Translations under genes and position numbers: made by a program
Shown: positions 40,570 through 50,505 of the stretch, piece after piece
How positions within the stretch are numbered: the stretch's first letter is position 1
How the letters are laid out: each line of letters opens with the position of its first letter
DNA from: an uncultured virus (IMG/VR IMGVR_UViG_3300030104_006589)
Taxonomy: Duplodnaviria; Heunggongvirae; Uroviricota; Caudoviricetes
Direction: 5' to 3' (one strand)
DNA length: 64,000 nucleotides
Virus record (IMG/VR): IMGVR_UViG_3300030104_006589
Location: 62,001-126,000 of that record
The notes under the pieces: model-generated
Seen by the model: the letters and a program-made list of their open reading frames with translations, nothing else
Database searches by the model: none
Told to the model about the DNA's origin: nothing

Positions 40570-42523
40570 GGCTATGATATAAAATGGCTGATGGATATGT
40601 TTCTAAAGTGTGTTCGGCAGAAATATCTAAAACTTCTTTCAAAGTGTCTAAATTTTCTATTTCGTTAAAATCCTTTACACACGATTCTAGAGTTTCTCCC
40701 CAATATTCTTTAGACTTGGAGCAGACGATAGATTCGCACAAATTACTTGCCATTTCCTCTTGGTCGCTAGTAAGCTCCTTTGTTTTTAGCTTTTTAGTTA
40801 ATTTAGCCTTTGCTTCGTGAATTAATCCGTCTATATCATAGATAGTCTTTTGGATGCTTGCTCTGGAATATTTTGCGTTTGCAAGGGGAATATCTGTTGT
40901 TCCTTCTGGCCGTCCACTAGGTTTAGGCGGTCCTTTTGTCTTGCCGTTTGGACTAAAAACAGGAACCCCTCCAACTATTGGGTTGTAGTAACCCTGTTCC
41001 CTCTCTTCAAGAAACTCTTTCTGAGATTTATTAAGCTCATCAGGTTCAGGGAACCTGCCATTGTGGAACATCTCCATGCCTTGTTTGGGGGTAATGATAC
41101 CCAACTCCATTAATCTAGTAGATGCCTTCATAAGCTGCACCTCATCCCTCATGTCAATATCTTTCATTCTCGCCTCAGGCCATGAACGGAAACCTAAATC
41201 TTTAGCTATTCTCTTGATCTCTCTGTTTAAAAATTCATTTAAAAAGCCATAGCGGGACTCTTGTAACCTATCAATAAAGATTTGAGCTTTTACCTGAGTA
41301 GAGTTAAACTTCTCTTCCCCTACCACGATATTCTGGAGACCTTGCTTTATGTCCTCATTTAAAATTTGGTATTTTTCTGGACCTAAGACTAGGTTTAGTT
41401 CGGGAATAATAAACTCGGCTTTCGTGGTATAATCGGAAACTAAGACCCTACCAACGCTTTCGTTTTTAAATAAGTTCTGCATCGCAGCAAGGTTGTTAGG
41501 ATTAACTCCCCCCTTATCTGGATCAGCCCCCATTGTAATAAGCAAGATTACATTTTCAACGGTTCTAGTGATAGCTTGATCCATTTTCTTAAGCTCCATC
41601 TTCGCATTGATGTCCTCAAGAACTGGAAAACCAAATGGAACCGCAAATGGCTCATAATCCTGTTTCTTATAAAAAGAAAAAGAAAGCTTTTGGGGGTCAA
41701 GGTTTAACTCTATACCCCTTCTTGTATAAGATCCATCTCTGATAGACTCTTGCGCCTCTGGCTCTAATGCTTCAAAAATTCCAAAATCCTCGTCTGTTTG
41801 TGGGTTCGCCAGTCTAGCAATTTCATATTCAGATAAAACTTTTTTGTAAACTCCCCCATTTGTAAAACCTGTAGCTCTAGTTGCTATGATGTCATAAGGA
41901 TTAAGCAAAACATAACGTAAAGGAATTTTATTGGTAGATGGGTTTATTGATCCAACCTGATTTATTAATTTTGCGTAATCTCCCGCTTTAAATTTACCGT
42001 CTACCCGATACAAGAAAATGTTTCCACTTCTGTAGTATTCCCTGAAATACTGATCCTTTAAGTTAATAATATTAACTCTTTTAAACCATTCATAAAAAAA
42101 CTCCCTGCTTTTCTTGGTTCCTCCCTCTAGGTAAATGTCGGTATTGGTAAATTCCGACATGATGTCTACCGCATTTCTAAAAACCGCAACATTTGCATAA
42201 GCTTTTTGACACAGTTCAATAGCATCGCGACAAGTAACACCATCAGCCGCATATTCGTATGGTAACATTCCAACACGAATACTAGCAAACCTATCTATGG
42301 GATTACGGAACGCTACCCTGTTTGTTCTTGATCCTTTAAAACTCTGATTCGTAAGCCCCTGCCTTCTTGCTTTCGAAACCTCTTCATACGAAGCATCTGC
42401 GGTATAAAATGGCTCCCCCATAAATTCTGGAGAGACATCTTGCTCCTGTGGACGAGAGGGATGATCTTTGGGGTTAAACTGGTTCCAATACTCTGAACGT
42501 TTTGTGTATTTTCTCTTGGCCAT
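40556..42523 (-). CDS. portal protein
   Basis: 655 aa directly downstream of the terminase; AYANVAVFRNAVDIMSEF, YFREYYRSGNIF. Confidence 0.8.
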   Translation of the reverse strand: MAKRKYTKRSEYWNQFNPKDHPSRPQEQDVSPEFMGEPFYTADASYEEVSKARRQGLTNQSFKGSRTNRVAFRNPIDRFASIRVGMLPYEYAADGVTCRDAIELCQKAYANVAVFRNAVDIMSEFTNTDIYLEGGTKKSREFFYEWFKRVNIINLKDQYFREYYRSGNIFLYRVDGKFKAGDYAKLINQVGSINPSTNKIPLRYVLLNPYDIIATRATGFTNGGVYKKVLSEYEIARLANPQTDEDFGIFEALEPEAQESIRDGSYTRRGIELNLDPQKLSFSFYKKQDYEPFAVPFGFPVLEDINAKMELKKMDQAITRTVENVILLITMGADPDKGGVNPNNLAAMQNLFKNESVGRVLVSDYTTKAEFIIPELNLVLGPEKYQILNEDIKQGLQNIVVGEEKFNSTQVKAQIFIDRLQESRYGFLNEFLNREIKRIAKDLGFRSWPEARMKDIDMRDEVQLMKASTRLMELGIITPKQGMEMFHNGRFPEPDELNKSQKEFLEEREQGYYNPIVGGVPVFSPNGKTKGPPKPSGRPEGTTDIPLANAKYSRASIQKTIYDIDGLIHEAKAKLTKKLKTKELTSDQEEMASNLCESIVCSKSKEYWGETLESCVKDFNEIENLDTLKEVLDISAEHTLETYPSAILYHSHERE

Positions 42524-42571
42524 AGATTTAATTCATATTACACCCCAAAGTTAACTTTCAACTTTTAAAAG

Positions 42572-44437
42572 TTAAGAAATGAACATTGGAGTAAAGGTGG
42601 CTTGGGTGCTGTTTATGTTTTCCGAGTTCATATCGTAGAAAACATTCATAGCCCAATTACCTAAAACTAATGCAGAATAAGAGTCTTTTCTAGCTTTATC
42701 TGCACCACTTTGCTTTCTTAAGTTAGGGGGTAAATCAAAACTTTGTGTCCCTTGCAAAGAAGTTGTAATTTGTATCAAAGCACATTGAACCTTAATTAAG
42801 TCCATCATGTCCTTTTGGTGTTCTACGAAGTCGATCATTCTTGCCCCATCTGTGCCTCTCTCGTTGGGATCATTTCTAATAAATTTTAATTCTTTTATAG
42901 GCACTCTAGACTTCCTTTGATTGTTGTAATCATCGTTCATCGCGGCTCCTGCAAAGAATATCCTCTTATGGTCAAATGCGGCTTGGAGAGACTCATTGGC
43001 AATCCTTATCCATGCAGATGTTGGTTTTCTCAAAAAGACTATGTTTTTGCTACTCAAGTTGTATTGGTTTTTAACTCTCCTTAAGTTTTTCTCGTAATCC
43101 TGCACTTTATCTAGGTCAGCCTCAATAACTCCTAATTTTAAATTCTTTCTTTTAAATATATCACTCTCATTACAAGAATTAAGAAATTGAACTCCTCCAT
43201 TGTAGTCTCCCACTACCGCAACAATATTAAAGTGCGTTAATAGGTAAGCAGTATATTTTATATGGGTTTTAAGGTTGGCTCCAGATAGAGCGTAGCTATG
43301 AACAACTGTTCCTTTTCGGGTATCGCGATTTAACTTAATAACTAGCATCGCAAAATCGTCAGAGCTTTCGCTTTCCGACCAAGAAGGGTCAAAAGCTAAA
43401 ATGTATTCGTCTTTTGGGTTGCCTACTACCTCTACACATTGACCCTCTCCATCTGCCAGAGTGCATTCCGCCATTTTGCTTACTTTAAAATATCCTGAAC
43501 TGTCATCTGTAAATATAGCTCCAAATTCCCTCTCAAACTGAGAATCGCTCATTGTCGCTTTAGATTGGCTTATTAAGTTTTGATCATAAAGCTGCTCTGG
43601 AGCGCAATCATAACTAAAGTGCATAATAGTTCTATGTGCTCCATCTTGTTTGTTTTCATTGAGAATCAAGCTCTCATATTGCTGATATATCTTATAAAGG
43701 TATTCGAATTTGTAAGAGGCAGAAGACAAACCAATGATTTTGTTGTTTGGCCAGCGCCTTCTATCCTCCTCCTTCATCTTACCTTTGGCGATCATTTGAG
43801 TTTCTAAATCATATACTTCTTGTCGCTCTGTAGGGTTCTCTACCACAGAAAGGAAGGGAATAATAACTTCGTTATAGATTTTCTCAGGCATCAGCAATAA
43901 CTCATCAATAATCATTCTTTGGAAACGAAATCCCCTGAGTTTCTCACCATCTCCTAGTGGCAGGGCGCGAATACTACTTTGCCCAATCTCCATCACCCAC
44001 TCATCATTCATCTTTGAGACTCTAGTAATGCACTGTGAAAAAAATGTAGCCTTGGGGCTTTTAGAAATATCTTCTATCTTTTTGAAGATCATCTTTGACT
44101 GCCTGAAAGACTTAGAGAGAATACCTATCTGAACACCCTGATTCAGAATAGCGTCTAAGAGCGCGAAAATGCCCGTAGAGAAGCTTTTAGACATTCCCCG
44201 ACTCCATATGCCCAAAAAGTAGTCAGACTCCATCATGGCCTTAATAGCCATATGCTGAAATGGAAATAACTTGACTCCAGTGAACAATTCACATGCAAAG
44301 GAAGGATTTTCCCTAAGAAACTTATAAAGCAAAAGTTTTGCTTCAGTTTCCTCTAAATACCCCTCTTTGTCTAGAAGTAGCTGATTTATATCTTTGAACT
44401 CTCTGTGGAGTTTCTGTATTCCTGTTTCCCAAGCCAT
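42572..44437 (-). CDS. terminase large subunit
   Basis: LFPFQ, SRGMSKS (Walker A), LRGFR..MIIDE (Walker B), FEREFGA, RNase H-like FDPS...DDFA and KDSYSAL; start placed at MAWETG. Confidence 0.9.
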   Translation of the reverse strand: MAWETGIQKLHREFKDINQLLLDKEGYLEETEAKLLLYKFLRENPSFACELFTGVKLFPFQHMAIKAMMESDYFLGIWSRGMSKSFSTGIFALLDAILNQGVQIGILSKSFRQSKMIFKKIEDISKSPKATFFSQCITRVSKMNDEWVMEIGQSSIRALPLGDGEKLRGFRFQRMIIDELLLMPEKIYNEVIIPFLSVVENPTERQEVYDLETQMIAKGKMKEEDRRRWPNNKIIGLSSASYKFEYLYKIYQQYESLILNENKQDGAHRTIMHFSYDCAPEQLYDQNLISQSKATMSDSQFEREFGAIFTDDSSGYFKVSKMAECTLADGEGQCVEVVGNPKDEYILAFDPSWSESESSDDFAMLVIKLNRDTRKGTVVHSYALSGANLKTHIKYTAYLLTHFNIVAVVGDYNGGVQFLNSCNESDIFKRKNLKLGVIEADLDKVQDYEKNLRRVKNQYNLSSKNIVFLRKPTSAWIRIANESLQAAFDHKRIFFAGAAMNDDYNNQRKSRVPIKELKFIRNDPNERGTDGARMIDFVEHQKDMMDLIKVQCALIQITTSLQGTQSFDLPPNLRKQSGADKARKDSYSALVLGNWAMNVFYDMNSENINSTQATFTPMFIS

Positions 44438-45353
44438 CTTTTTTAAGTTGTTTATCCCAAAAATACTGAACATCCACTGTCCAAAGTTTTTTCCCTAAAA
44501 CAAGAATTTTGGGTATTATCTCTTCGCTTTTAGCCCTAGACCCACTAAACACAAATTGACAACAATCTGAATAGTCAGCTTGTATCTCTCGCATCCTATG
44601 GTAAACATAATCTAAGTTAAATTTTTTGTATCCCGCTTTATTGTTTGCCCACATTTTATTAAATGCTGTCTCAGTGACTACAAACAACATACATCCCATT
44701 GATCTACACCTTTCTAACTCTTTTACAAATCTTGAATAACCATTTGTAATTGTAGCACAGAAATCCTGGTAAGATTTCCTATCCACGAATGTATAGTCAT
44801 ATAAATCTCCTCCAACAGCGTAATCTCCCACATCCAACTTCAAAGATTCAGAATTCTTGAAATACAGGGGTTTCTGTTCTCTTGTATCTATCAGTATAGG
44901 TGTATCTGAATAATCGTTTTTAAATTGATTTGGTAGTTGCCCCGAAAGCATGGGCAACATACCAAATTGTTTACAAGCTTCGCTATAACTACCAAAAACC
45001 TCTTTACAGAGATCTACATCGGGTAATCCTGCTGTTTGTAGATAAATGGAAGGTGGCCCCCCCTGTAGCCTCTTGGCTTCCTTTTTTTCTTTAAAAGCTT
45101 TTATAATATATTCTTTAACCTCTGACCGTGGTGCTGTTTTGCACCATTTTTTCATATTTCTTTTATTAATAAAGTCAGCAGCGAAATACTGATCGTATTT
45201 TTTAAACTCGATCAGTTCTCCAGTTAGTTTGTCTTTCCTTGCATAATTATCCACATAGTAATCTCCAAGGAGTTTACCGTGTTTCTTTATGTGTGCGTGG
45301 AGACTTCTTAATGAATCAAAAGACTCGCCACACTCTTTGCAATCATAAGACAT
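44343..45353 (-). CDS. C2H2 zinc finger + ERCC4/XPF-type nuclease
   Basis: CKECGESFDSLRSLHAHIKKH; IDTREQKP...LDVGDY...VDRKSYQDF...ELER. Confidence 0.82.
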   Translation of the reverse strand: MSYDCKECGESFDSLRSLHAHIKKHGKLLGDYYVDNYARKDKLTGELIEFKKYDQYFAADFINKRNMKKWCKTAPRSEVKEYIIKAFKEKKEAKRLQGGPPSIYLQTAGLPDVDLCKEVFGSYSEACKQFGMLPMLSGQLPNQFKNDYSDTPILIDTREQKPLYFKNSESLKLDVGDYAVGGDLYDYTFVDRKSYQDFCATITNGYSRFVKELERCRSMGCMLFVVTETAFNKMWANNKAGYKKFNLDYVYHRMREIQADYSDCCQFVFSGSRAKSEEIIPKILVLGKKLWTVDVQYFWDKQLKKDGLGNRNTETPQRVQRYKSATSRQRGVFRGN

Positions 45354-46392
45354 CTTGCTGACCAATTCCTAAAACTCTTGCTTTCCATTCAGCCATTCCT
45401 TCTAATCTTTCGGCTTCTTTCTTTACTGCCTCTTTTTGCATCTCTGCTATCCGTGCCATTGTCTTTCTTTCTTCTTCTTCTTGAAAAAGTTGAACAATAG
45501 ATAAAAACGAAGCATTTTCCTTCTGCATCTTCTTCATCCTCTCACCCCGATCACCTTGAAGCTTCTTAGTTAAGTTCTCGATGCGAGTTTCGCATTGATG
45601 ATACTCAGAACTCTTAGCTTTGATAATTTCTGCCAAGCGAATAGACATTTCCTGCTGCTCATCAGCCTCATCAAACATATTATTTAATTTATTAAGGTGA
45701 GCACTAATAACCTCCAAATTAATTACCTCCTTGCACACATTTAAATACAAATTAATTTCATCCGCAGTCAAGTCAGGCTTATCCCACGTTAAACGTATAA
45801 ACTCATGCTCAAAGAGGACTCGATCCTCTTCGTTGAGATAATTGTTAATAATTTTTAGAAATCTAGAGTTCGACAGGTTAACCATAAGTTTTTCAACACA
45901 AACTTGTTTTTGCCTGTTAAGCTTTGGTTCATCTAAGCCTAAACCTGTAGCATCATTGATTTTTTTGATGATTCTAGAGGGAGCCTTAGGTGAAATGTAT
46001 GAACTCAACGCCCCGCTGTCTTGTGATGGCAATATATCTGGATTAACAGAACGAATTTCAACCAGCACCGCTCTTTGCTCGGCACTAAGAGGGGAAACCC
46101 TGCGATCTGGAAAAATAATTCTAGCTATCTCTAGCGAGGACAGTCCCGTGTCGGCTTGTTGTAAAATAAATTCAGTTTGTTCCTGCGTGAACTCAATAGT
46201 CTCTGCTGGTGGACGACTTGTCGTTCTAAATTCTATAGCATTTTCTACTAAAAACTTTCTAACAGCCCTACCCTCTTTAGATCTTCCGTCTAAAGAATCG
46301 TCTTTAAAGCATTGCTTGGTTAAATCAATGAGGTTTGGAATTCTTGAGGCGTTTTCCCTTAAAAATTCTTTCTGTTCGTTACTCAGGTCCAT
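45343..46392 (-). CDS. hypothetical protein with HTH and coiled coil (possible terminase small subunit)
   Basis: GLSSLEIARIIF HTH-like motif; upstream of the terminase. Confidence 0.5.
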   Translation of the reverse strand: MDLSNEQKEFLRENASRIPNLIDLTKQCFKDDSLDGRSKEGRAVRKFLVENAIEFRTTSRPPAETIEFTQEQTEFILQQADTGLSSLEIARIIFPDRRVSPLSAEQRAVLVEIRSVNPDILPSQDSGALSSYISPKAPSRIIKKINDATGLGLDEPKLNRQKQVCVEKLMVNLSNSRFLKIINNYLNEEDRVLFEHEFIRLTWDKPDLTADEINLYLNVCKEVINLEVISAHLNKLNNMFDEADEQQEMSIRLAEIIKAKSSEYHQCETRIENLTKKLQGDRGERMKKMQKENASFLSIVQLFQEEEERKTMARIAEMQKEAVKKEAERLEGMAEWKARVLGIGQQDVL

Positions 46393-47053
46393 TTCCTATG
46401 ATATCGTTGTCTTTTAGGATTTCTAAGGCTGTCTCTAGAAACTTTTTCTTTAGGTTCTTAACTTGACGGTAGCCAAGCTTTCTTTTTTGTGGGGATATTT
46501 TGTATCCCATAAATTTCGCTACGTCCTCTTCAGTCTTATCTTCAAAATATAGCATCCGATAGGCAACATAGTGAGTTTCACTTAACTTTATCTCCATATA
46601 GAGATCCAATCTCTTTAGAGAGCCATTGAAGTCAAAGTCTGTGTATTCCCTCCCCCTAACCTCTTTAACAAAGTCTTCTGTAGATAAAGGGATTTTTAAT
46701 TCCAACCCCATTTTCTTGGTCTTTTCCCATTTTGAACAAATTGGGCAGGTCGATGGATCATGATCAGCAAACTGATACTTTGGACAGGGGTTAACATAAT
46801 TCCCGTAGTGATTCCTTATGAGGTTACGCATCTGGTTTGAGATGATGCGCCCTATCCATGGCTCAAGGGGTCTTTCTTGATCCCACATGTGCCATTTCTT
46901 AGCAATATGTAATTTTATAATCTGCTCTACATCTTCAAAGTCAAACCACCTAACTGCTCTTAACCTCCATTTATACTGCTGTTTTTTAATTGCAGCATCT
47001 ATGATGTCAGAAAAATCTTCATAAGTATATTCACCTTTGTTTTTTCTTTTCAT
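46379..47053 (-). CDS. ECF-like RNA polymerase sigma factor
   Basis: FEDVEQ...WDQERPLEPWIGRIISNQMRNLIR (region 2), KTEEDVAKFMG (region 4). Confidence 0.78.
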   Translation of the reverse strand: MKRKNKGEYTYEDFSDIIDAAIKKQQYKWRLRAVRWFDFEDVEQIIKLHIAKKWHMWDQERPLEPWIGRIISNQMRNLIRNHYGNYVNPCPKYQFADHDPSTCPICSKWEKTKKMGLELKIPLSTEDFVKEVRGREYTDFDFNGSLKRLDLYMEIKLSETHYVAYRMLYFEDKTEEDVAKFMGYKISPQKRKLGYRQVKNLKKKFLETALEILKDNDIIGNGPE

Positions 47054-47366
47054 CAATAAATTCATTAACAGACAGAGTTTTACTCTTCTCTTTCGGAGAA
47101 GGTTCTGACTCGCCTATTAGTGAACCTAAAGTAGTTGTTGTGTGTTCTATATCGTATTCAACTTGGAAGTTTGAAACATGAGGAACTGACTGTGCGTCAG
47201 TTTCATCAGAAGAAACAACTACAGATTTTTCTAGAGCAGGTAATTCTGCCGCAGTGTTGGTAGAAACAGATGCGTTTAACTGTTGACCGCACTTACCGCA
47301 AAAATTTGGTTTGGCGTGAGCGTATTCAATTTTGGTTCCGCAACTATGACAAAATAAGTGAGCCAT
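47031..47366 (-). CDS. zinc-ribbon protein
   Basis: FCHSCG...KPNFCGKCG. Confidence 0.75.
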   Translation of the reverse strand: MAHLFCHSCGTKIEYAHAKPNFCGKCGQQLNASVSTNTAAELPALEKSVVVSSDETDAQSVPHVSNFQVEYDIEHTTTTLGSLIGESEPSPKEKSKTLSVNEFIDEKKKQR

Positions 47367-47487
47367 CTTATATATTTATATGGTTTTAAATCGTTTTTTC
47401 AAAAATAAACAAGGTCTAGTCCTATATATGGTAAAAAAGCTGTTCGCCGCTAGCGCGTTGACATATGCTCTTGTTTTACATATACTA

Positions 47488-48204
47488 TTACACTTTCTTA
47501 TGAGTTTCTAATTTTGAAATAATAAATTTTAAGATTTTACTACGGACAATATCAGAACGGGTAAATTTAAAGGAATGAATTCCATTTTCTTCTGACTTCT
47601 CATCAGAGAACAGATCGAACATTTCTGCAAATCCTGTTTTCCCATTAATATCGCTTTGCATAAAGTCTCCACAAATAATCAGCTTGCTATCTTCCCCTAA
47701 GCGGGTCACTAGGGTGGTAAGCTCCTTGAAAGTAAAGTTTTGTGCTTCATCAGCCACAATTAATTTATTGCTCCAGTTCGCTCCTCTTAAAAAGTTTATA
47801 GGAACGGCAGAGATACGACCTTTCTGTTTCAAGAAGGCGGTGTCACCCTCGAAAACAATTTCCTCTAATTTGTCATATAGAGGCATCAAAAAGGGATTAA
47901 ACTTCTCTGCCATATCTCCAGGCAAGCTACCTAATCCTTTATCCGCACTTTCTGCAATACTCCTTACATATAATAATTCTTTTTCAGTGTCTTCGGCCAT
48001 TAGCCTTAGGCATCCATACAGAGACATGTATGTTTTACTTGATCCTGCTGGACCAGAAACGAAGAATATTTTAACTTCGGGGTCCAGAAGGGTTGACAAG
48101 AATCGCCGCTGACGAGCAGTGAACTTGAAGTCCCTCTGCTTGAATTTGATGGAGTGATGGAAGTGCGGCTCCAACTGTATATTAGACAATTTTTTAAGCG
48201 CCAT
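47488..48204 (-). CDS. phoH: PhoH-family ATPase
   Basis: GPAGSSKT, LGSLPGD, FLRG, DEAQN, TRLGEDSK...GDFMQSD, DIVRS. Confidence 0.92.
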   Translation of the reverse strand: MALKKLSNIQLEPHFHHSIKFKQRDFKFTARQRRFLSTLLDPEVKIFFVSGPAGSSKTYMSLYGCLRLMAEDTEKELLYVRSIAESADKGLGSLPGDMAEKFNPFLMPLYDKLEEIVFEGDTAFLKQKGRISAVPINFLRGANWSNKLIVADEAQNFTFKELTTLVTRLGEDSKLIICGDFMQSDINGKTGFAEMFDLFSDEKSEENGIHSFKFTRSDIVRSKILKFIISKLETHKKV

Positions 48205-48228
48205 ACTACATAGTATGTTACACTTAAA

Positions 48229-49077
48229 TCAAAGTTTAATCTGTTTTATTGTTGCACTTGTTTCAACAACGCCTCCTTCTTGTGCCGAGTAAGTTTGCGT
48301 TAGAACTGTAGAACCCTGATTAAAATTGATCATGCTGCCAACATTATCAAAAGGAGTAGTGCTACCGACCCCCACAAGGTGAACAGTAAGGTCATTGTTT
48401 AATTTGTTTCCACTATAATCAATAAGTTTATTAAGCCCTGTAGAAGTAATTGTTAACTCTTGCTCCACTCCATCTAGCAACATCTTAGAGGCGTTAATCG
48501 AACCAAGTTCAAAAGTCGGAGTTCTGTCGTATTTTCTGCTAAAAGACATTTTAGCATTTGTGGCGTTTAGGACTCCTGCATTATCAGTAATATTAGCAGT
48601 ATGACCGTATGCTACATCATCTCTATCCAAGGGAATTGTAGATCCCCCGTAAGGATTTGTATCTCCTGTAATTTGCCCACCCGTGGCAGGTTCTAAAGAA
48701 ACAAAATCAGCTTGAAGGGTTACAGGAGCAAATGGCTCAATATTGACACCAACATTACTCGCATAACACTTTTTATAATCTCCACTTCCTACTCTTATGC
48801 ATACAAAGTTATCTTGGTTAGCATCTAGTAAAAATCGAAAAGCATCCACTTGACCCGACTCCAGAATACAAGAAACAGATATACTTGCGCTCAGTGGACC
48901 CGAAAATTTAAATTGATCAGTAATAGCAACATTTTTGCCGAGATTTCTTTTGGGAGCGGTAGCGGTGTTGTAATTTACGTTTACATTGGTCGCGGTAACG
49001 TAATCTTGAGATTCATTAACTGATGAAGCCCCAACCGCACTAATGTAAACAGGAAATTCGCTATAAGGTAGACTCAT
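48229..49077 (-). CDS. tail-tube-like structural protein
   Basis: Beta-rich, Thr/Ser/Asn-rich; CYASNVGVNIEPFAPV resembles the tube motif; GTGTAA upstream. Confidence 0.5.
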   Translation of the reverse strand: MSLPYSEFPVYISAVGASSVNESQDYVTATNVNVNYNTATAPKRNLGKNVAITDQFKFSGPLSASISVSCILESGQVDAFRFLLDANQDNFVCIRVGSGDYKKCYASNVGVNIEPFAPVTLQADFVSLEPATGGQITGDTNPYGGSTIPLDRDDVAYGHTANITDNAGVLNATNAKMSFSRKYDRTPTFELGSINASKMLLDGVEQELTITSTGLNKLIDYSGNKLNNDLTVHLVGVGSTTPFDNVGSMINFNQGSTVLTQTYSAQEGGVVETSATIKQIKL

Positions 49078-49097
49078 TTGTTATTGTTACACCTGTT

Positions 49098-49259
49098 TCA
49101 CTGGTTACCTACTACCATAAGGCCAAAATTAGCTGTAGCGTAAGAAATCCAGACTATCCCCCAGCCATAATCTTTTTTCATGAAATATGCGGCCCCCACT
49201 ACTGCATACATGATGCCCGCAATCAAAGGCACATACTTTGTTATATCATCAAGAGTCAT
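49098..49259 (-). CDS. small membrane protein (two hydrophobic segments)
   Basis: MTLDDITKYVPLIAGIMYAVVGAAYF...WGIVWISYATANFGLMVVG. Confidence 0.6.
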   Translation of the reverse strand: MTLDDITKYVPLIAGIMYAVVGAAYFMKKDYGWGIVWISYATANFGLMVVGNQ

Positions 49260-50505
49260 GAGTTTTAAATCTTTCGGGATAGAGACCCTCAAGTTTCTGG
49301 TAATGTAACTTTACTTCATTTAAATCAAGATCACGACTATCCCTGCCCATATTCTCTTTAGCGCAGAGAGGTCTTAAATTACTCCAGTGATTAGGTCCAA
49401 TCTGCTCATCACCTTCGGCTCCTTTAATATAAAAAGGATTAATATGTTTATACTCCTCCCACAAACAAAGAGGAATAAGGTGATCTATATGCCATGCGCC
49501 TTCATGATCTAGATTTGAACCAGCACCATAATTCTTTTCATTCATCCAATCTTCTGACAAATCTTCAAGAAGCTCTACAAGTTGTTTACTAGTAACTTGC
49601 GTCCTTTTGTTCCATAACGATGGGCTTTTTCCCCCAAAAGCAGTTCGTATGTAATGTTTTAATCTATTTCGTATTCTTCTGGCATAGATGTATCTAGGAT
49701 TTTTTTCTAACTCTCTTCTTCTTTTTTTTGCTTCGGGGCTTTTAGCCCTAGCAAGGCAATACTCCTTATTTTCTACATAATATTTCTTAGCTCTTGCCCT
49801 TTCGCAATCTAAACACTCCCATGAATTACCCTGCTTATTGTCTCTGAAATCATCCCAGTTTTTAACTAATCCACACCTTACACAACATCTTTTCTTTTCA
49901 ATTAAATGGTTTCCAAATCTAGGTTCTCCATTCTCTGCAAATCTAACCCAACCTTCTTTATGTAATTCATTTAACCTCTCTTCGCTTAACTCATGTTTCT
50001 TATTTCCCATATAAGATATCTGCCTAACTCCATTAATCATGTCTTGCGGGAGTTTAAGTAAAGCTTCAAAATCTTTCCTTAAGATAAATATAGTTTTTTG
50101 TAAATGGAGCTTCATTCCATCAGGAACACCCATTTCAAACAAAAAATTCCCATTTCTAATTTTTATCCAATCTTTCCCCTTTTTTGCCCTATCTTTCCCT
50201 TTTAAAGTGGTGTTTACAATGCCTTTCTCGGCAAGAATGTCCACCACTTGGTGCATATTTAAAATTTCATCTCTTTTTAATTTGCAGGTATTCCAAAATT
50301 CTTGCTCAAAGTCTTTTGCATATAGCTCTATAGAAACGTGATAAATGAGGCCGTTCCGATGCATCAAGCTTTCGGGCTTATAACAGTCTTCGCAAATGTC
50401 TCTATTTATCTTAAAATTTTGCTCAAACCAAACACCTTCTTGGATCTTCTGTTTGATCAAGAAGCTTTTTCTTTTTTTGTTTTCCCCACATATTATACAA
50501 CTCAT
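49249..50505 (-). CDS. HNH-type endonuclease
   Basis: CVRC...CLDC zinc motif; WHIDHLIPL...NHWSNLRPLCAKEN. Confidence 0.78.
   Translation of the reverse strand: MSCIICGENKKRKSFLIKQKIQEGVWFEQNFKINRDICEDCYKPESLMHRNGLIYHVSIELYAKDFEQEFWNTCKLKRDEILNMHQVVDILAEKGIVNTTLKGKDRAKKGKDWIKIRNGNFLFEMGVPDGMKLHLQKTIFILRKDFEALLKLPQDMINGVRQISYMGNKKHELSEERLNELHKEGWVRFAENGEPRFGNHLIEKKRCCVRCGLVKNWDDFRDNKQGNSWECLDCERARAKKYYVENKEYCLARAKSPEAKKRRRELEKNPRYIYARRIRNRLKHYIRTAFGGKSPSLWNKRTQVTSKQLVELLEDLSEDWMNEKNYGAGSNLDHEGAWHIDHLIPLCLWEEYKHINPFYIKGAEGDEQIGPNHWSNLRPLCAKENMGRDSRDLDLNEVKLHYQKLEGLYPERFKTHDS

Noticed and set aside
22872..48112. Many opposite-strand ORFs inside the tape measure, capsid, scaffold, portal, terminase and phoH genes
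   Set aside because: Fully antisense to well-supported genes, low-complexity Ser/Leu/Phe-rich translations, no motifs; shadow ORFs.
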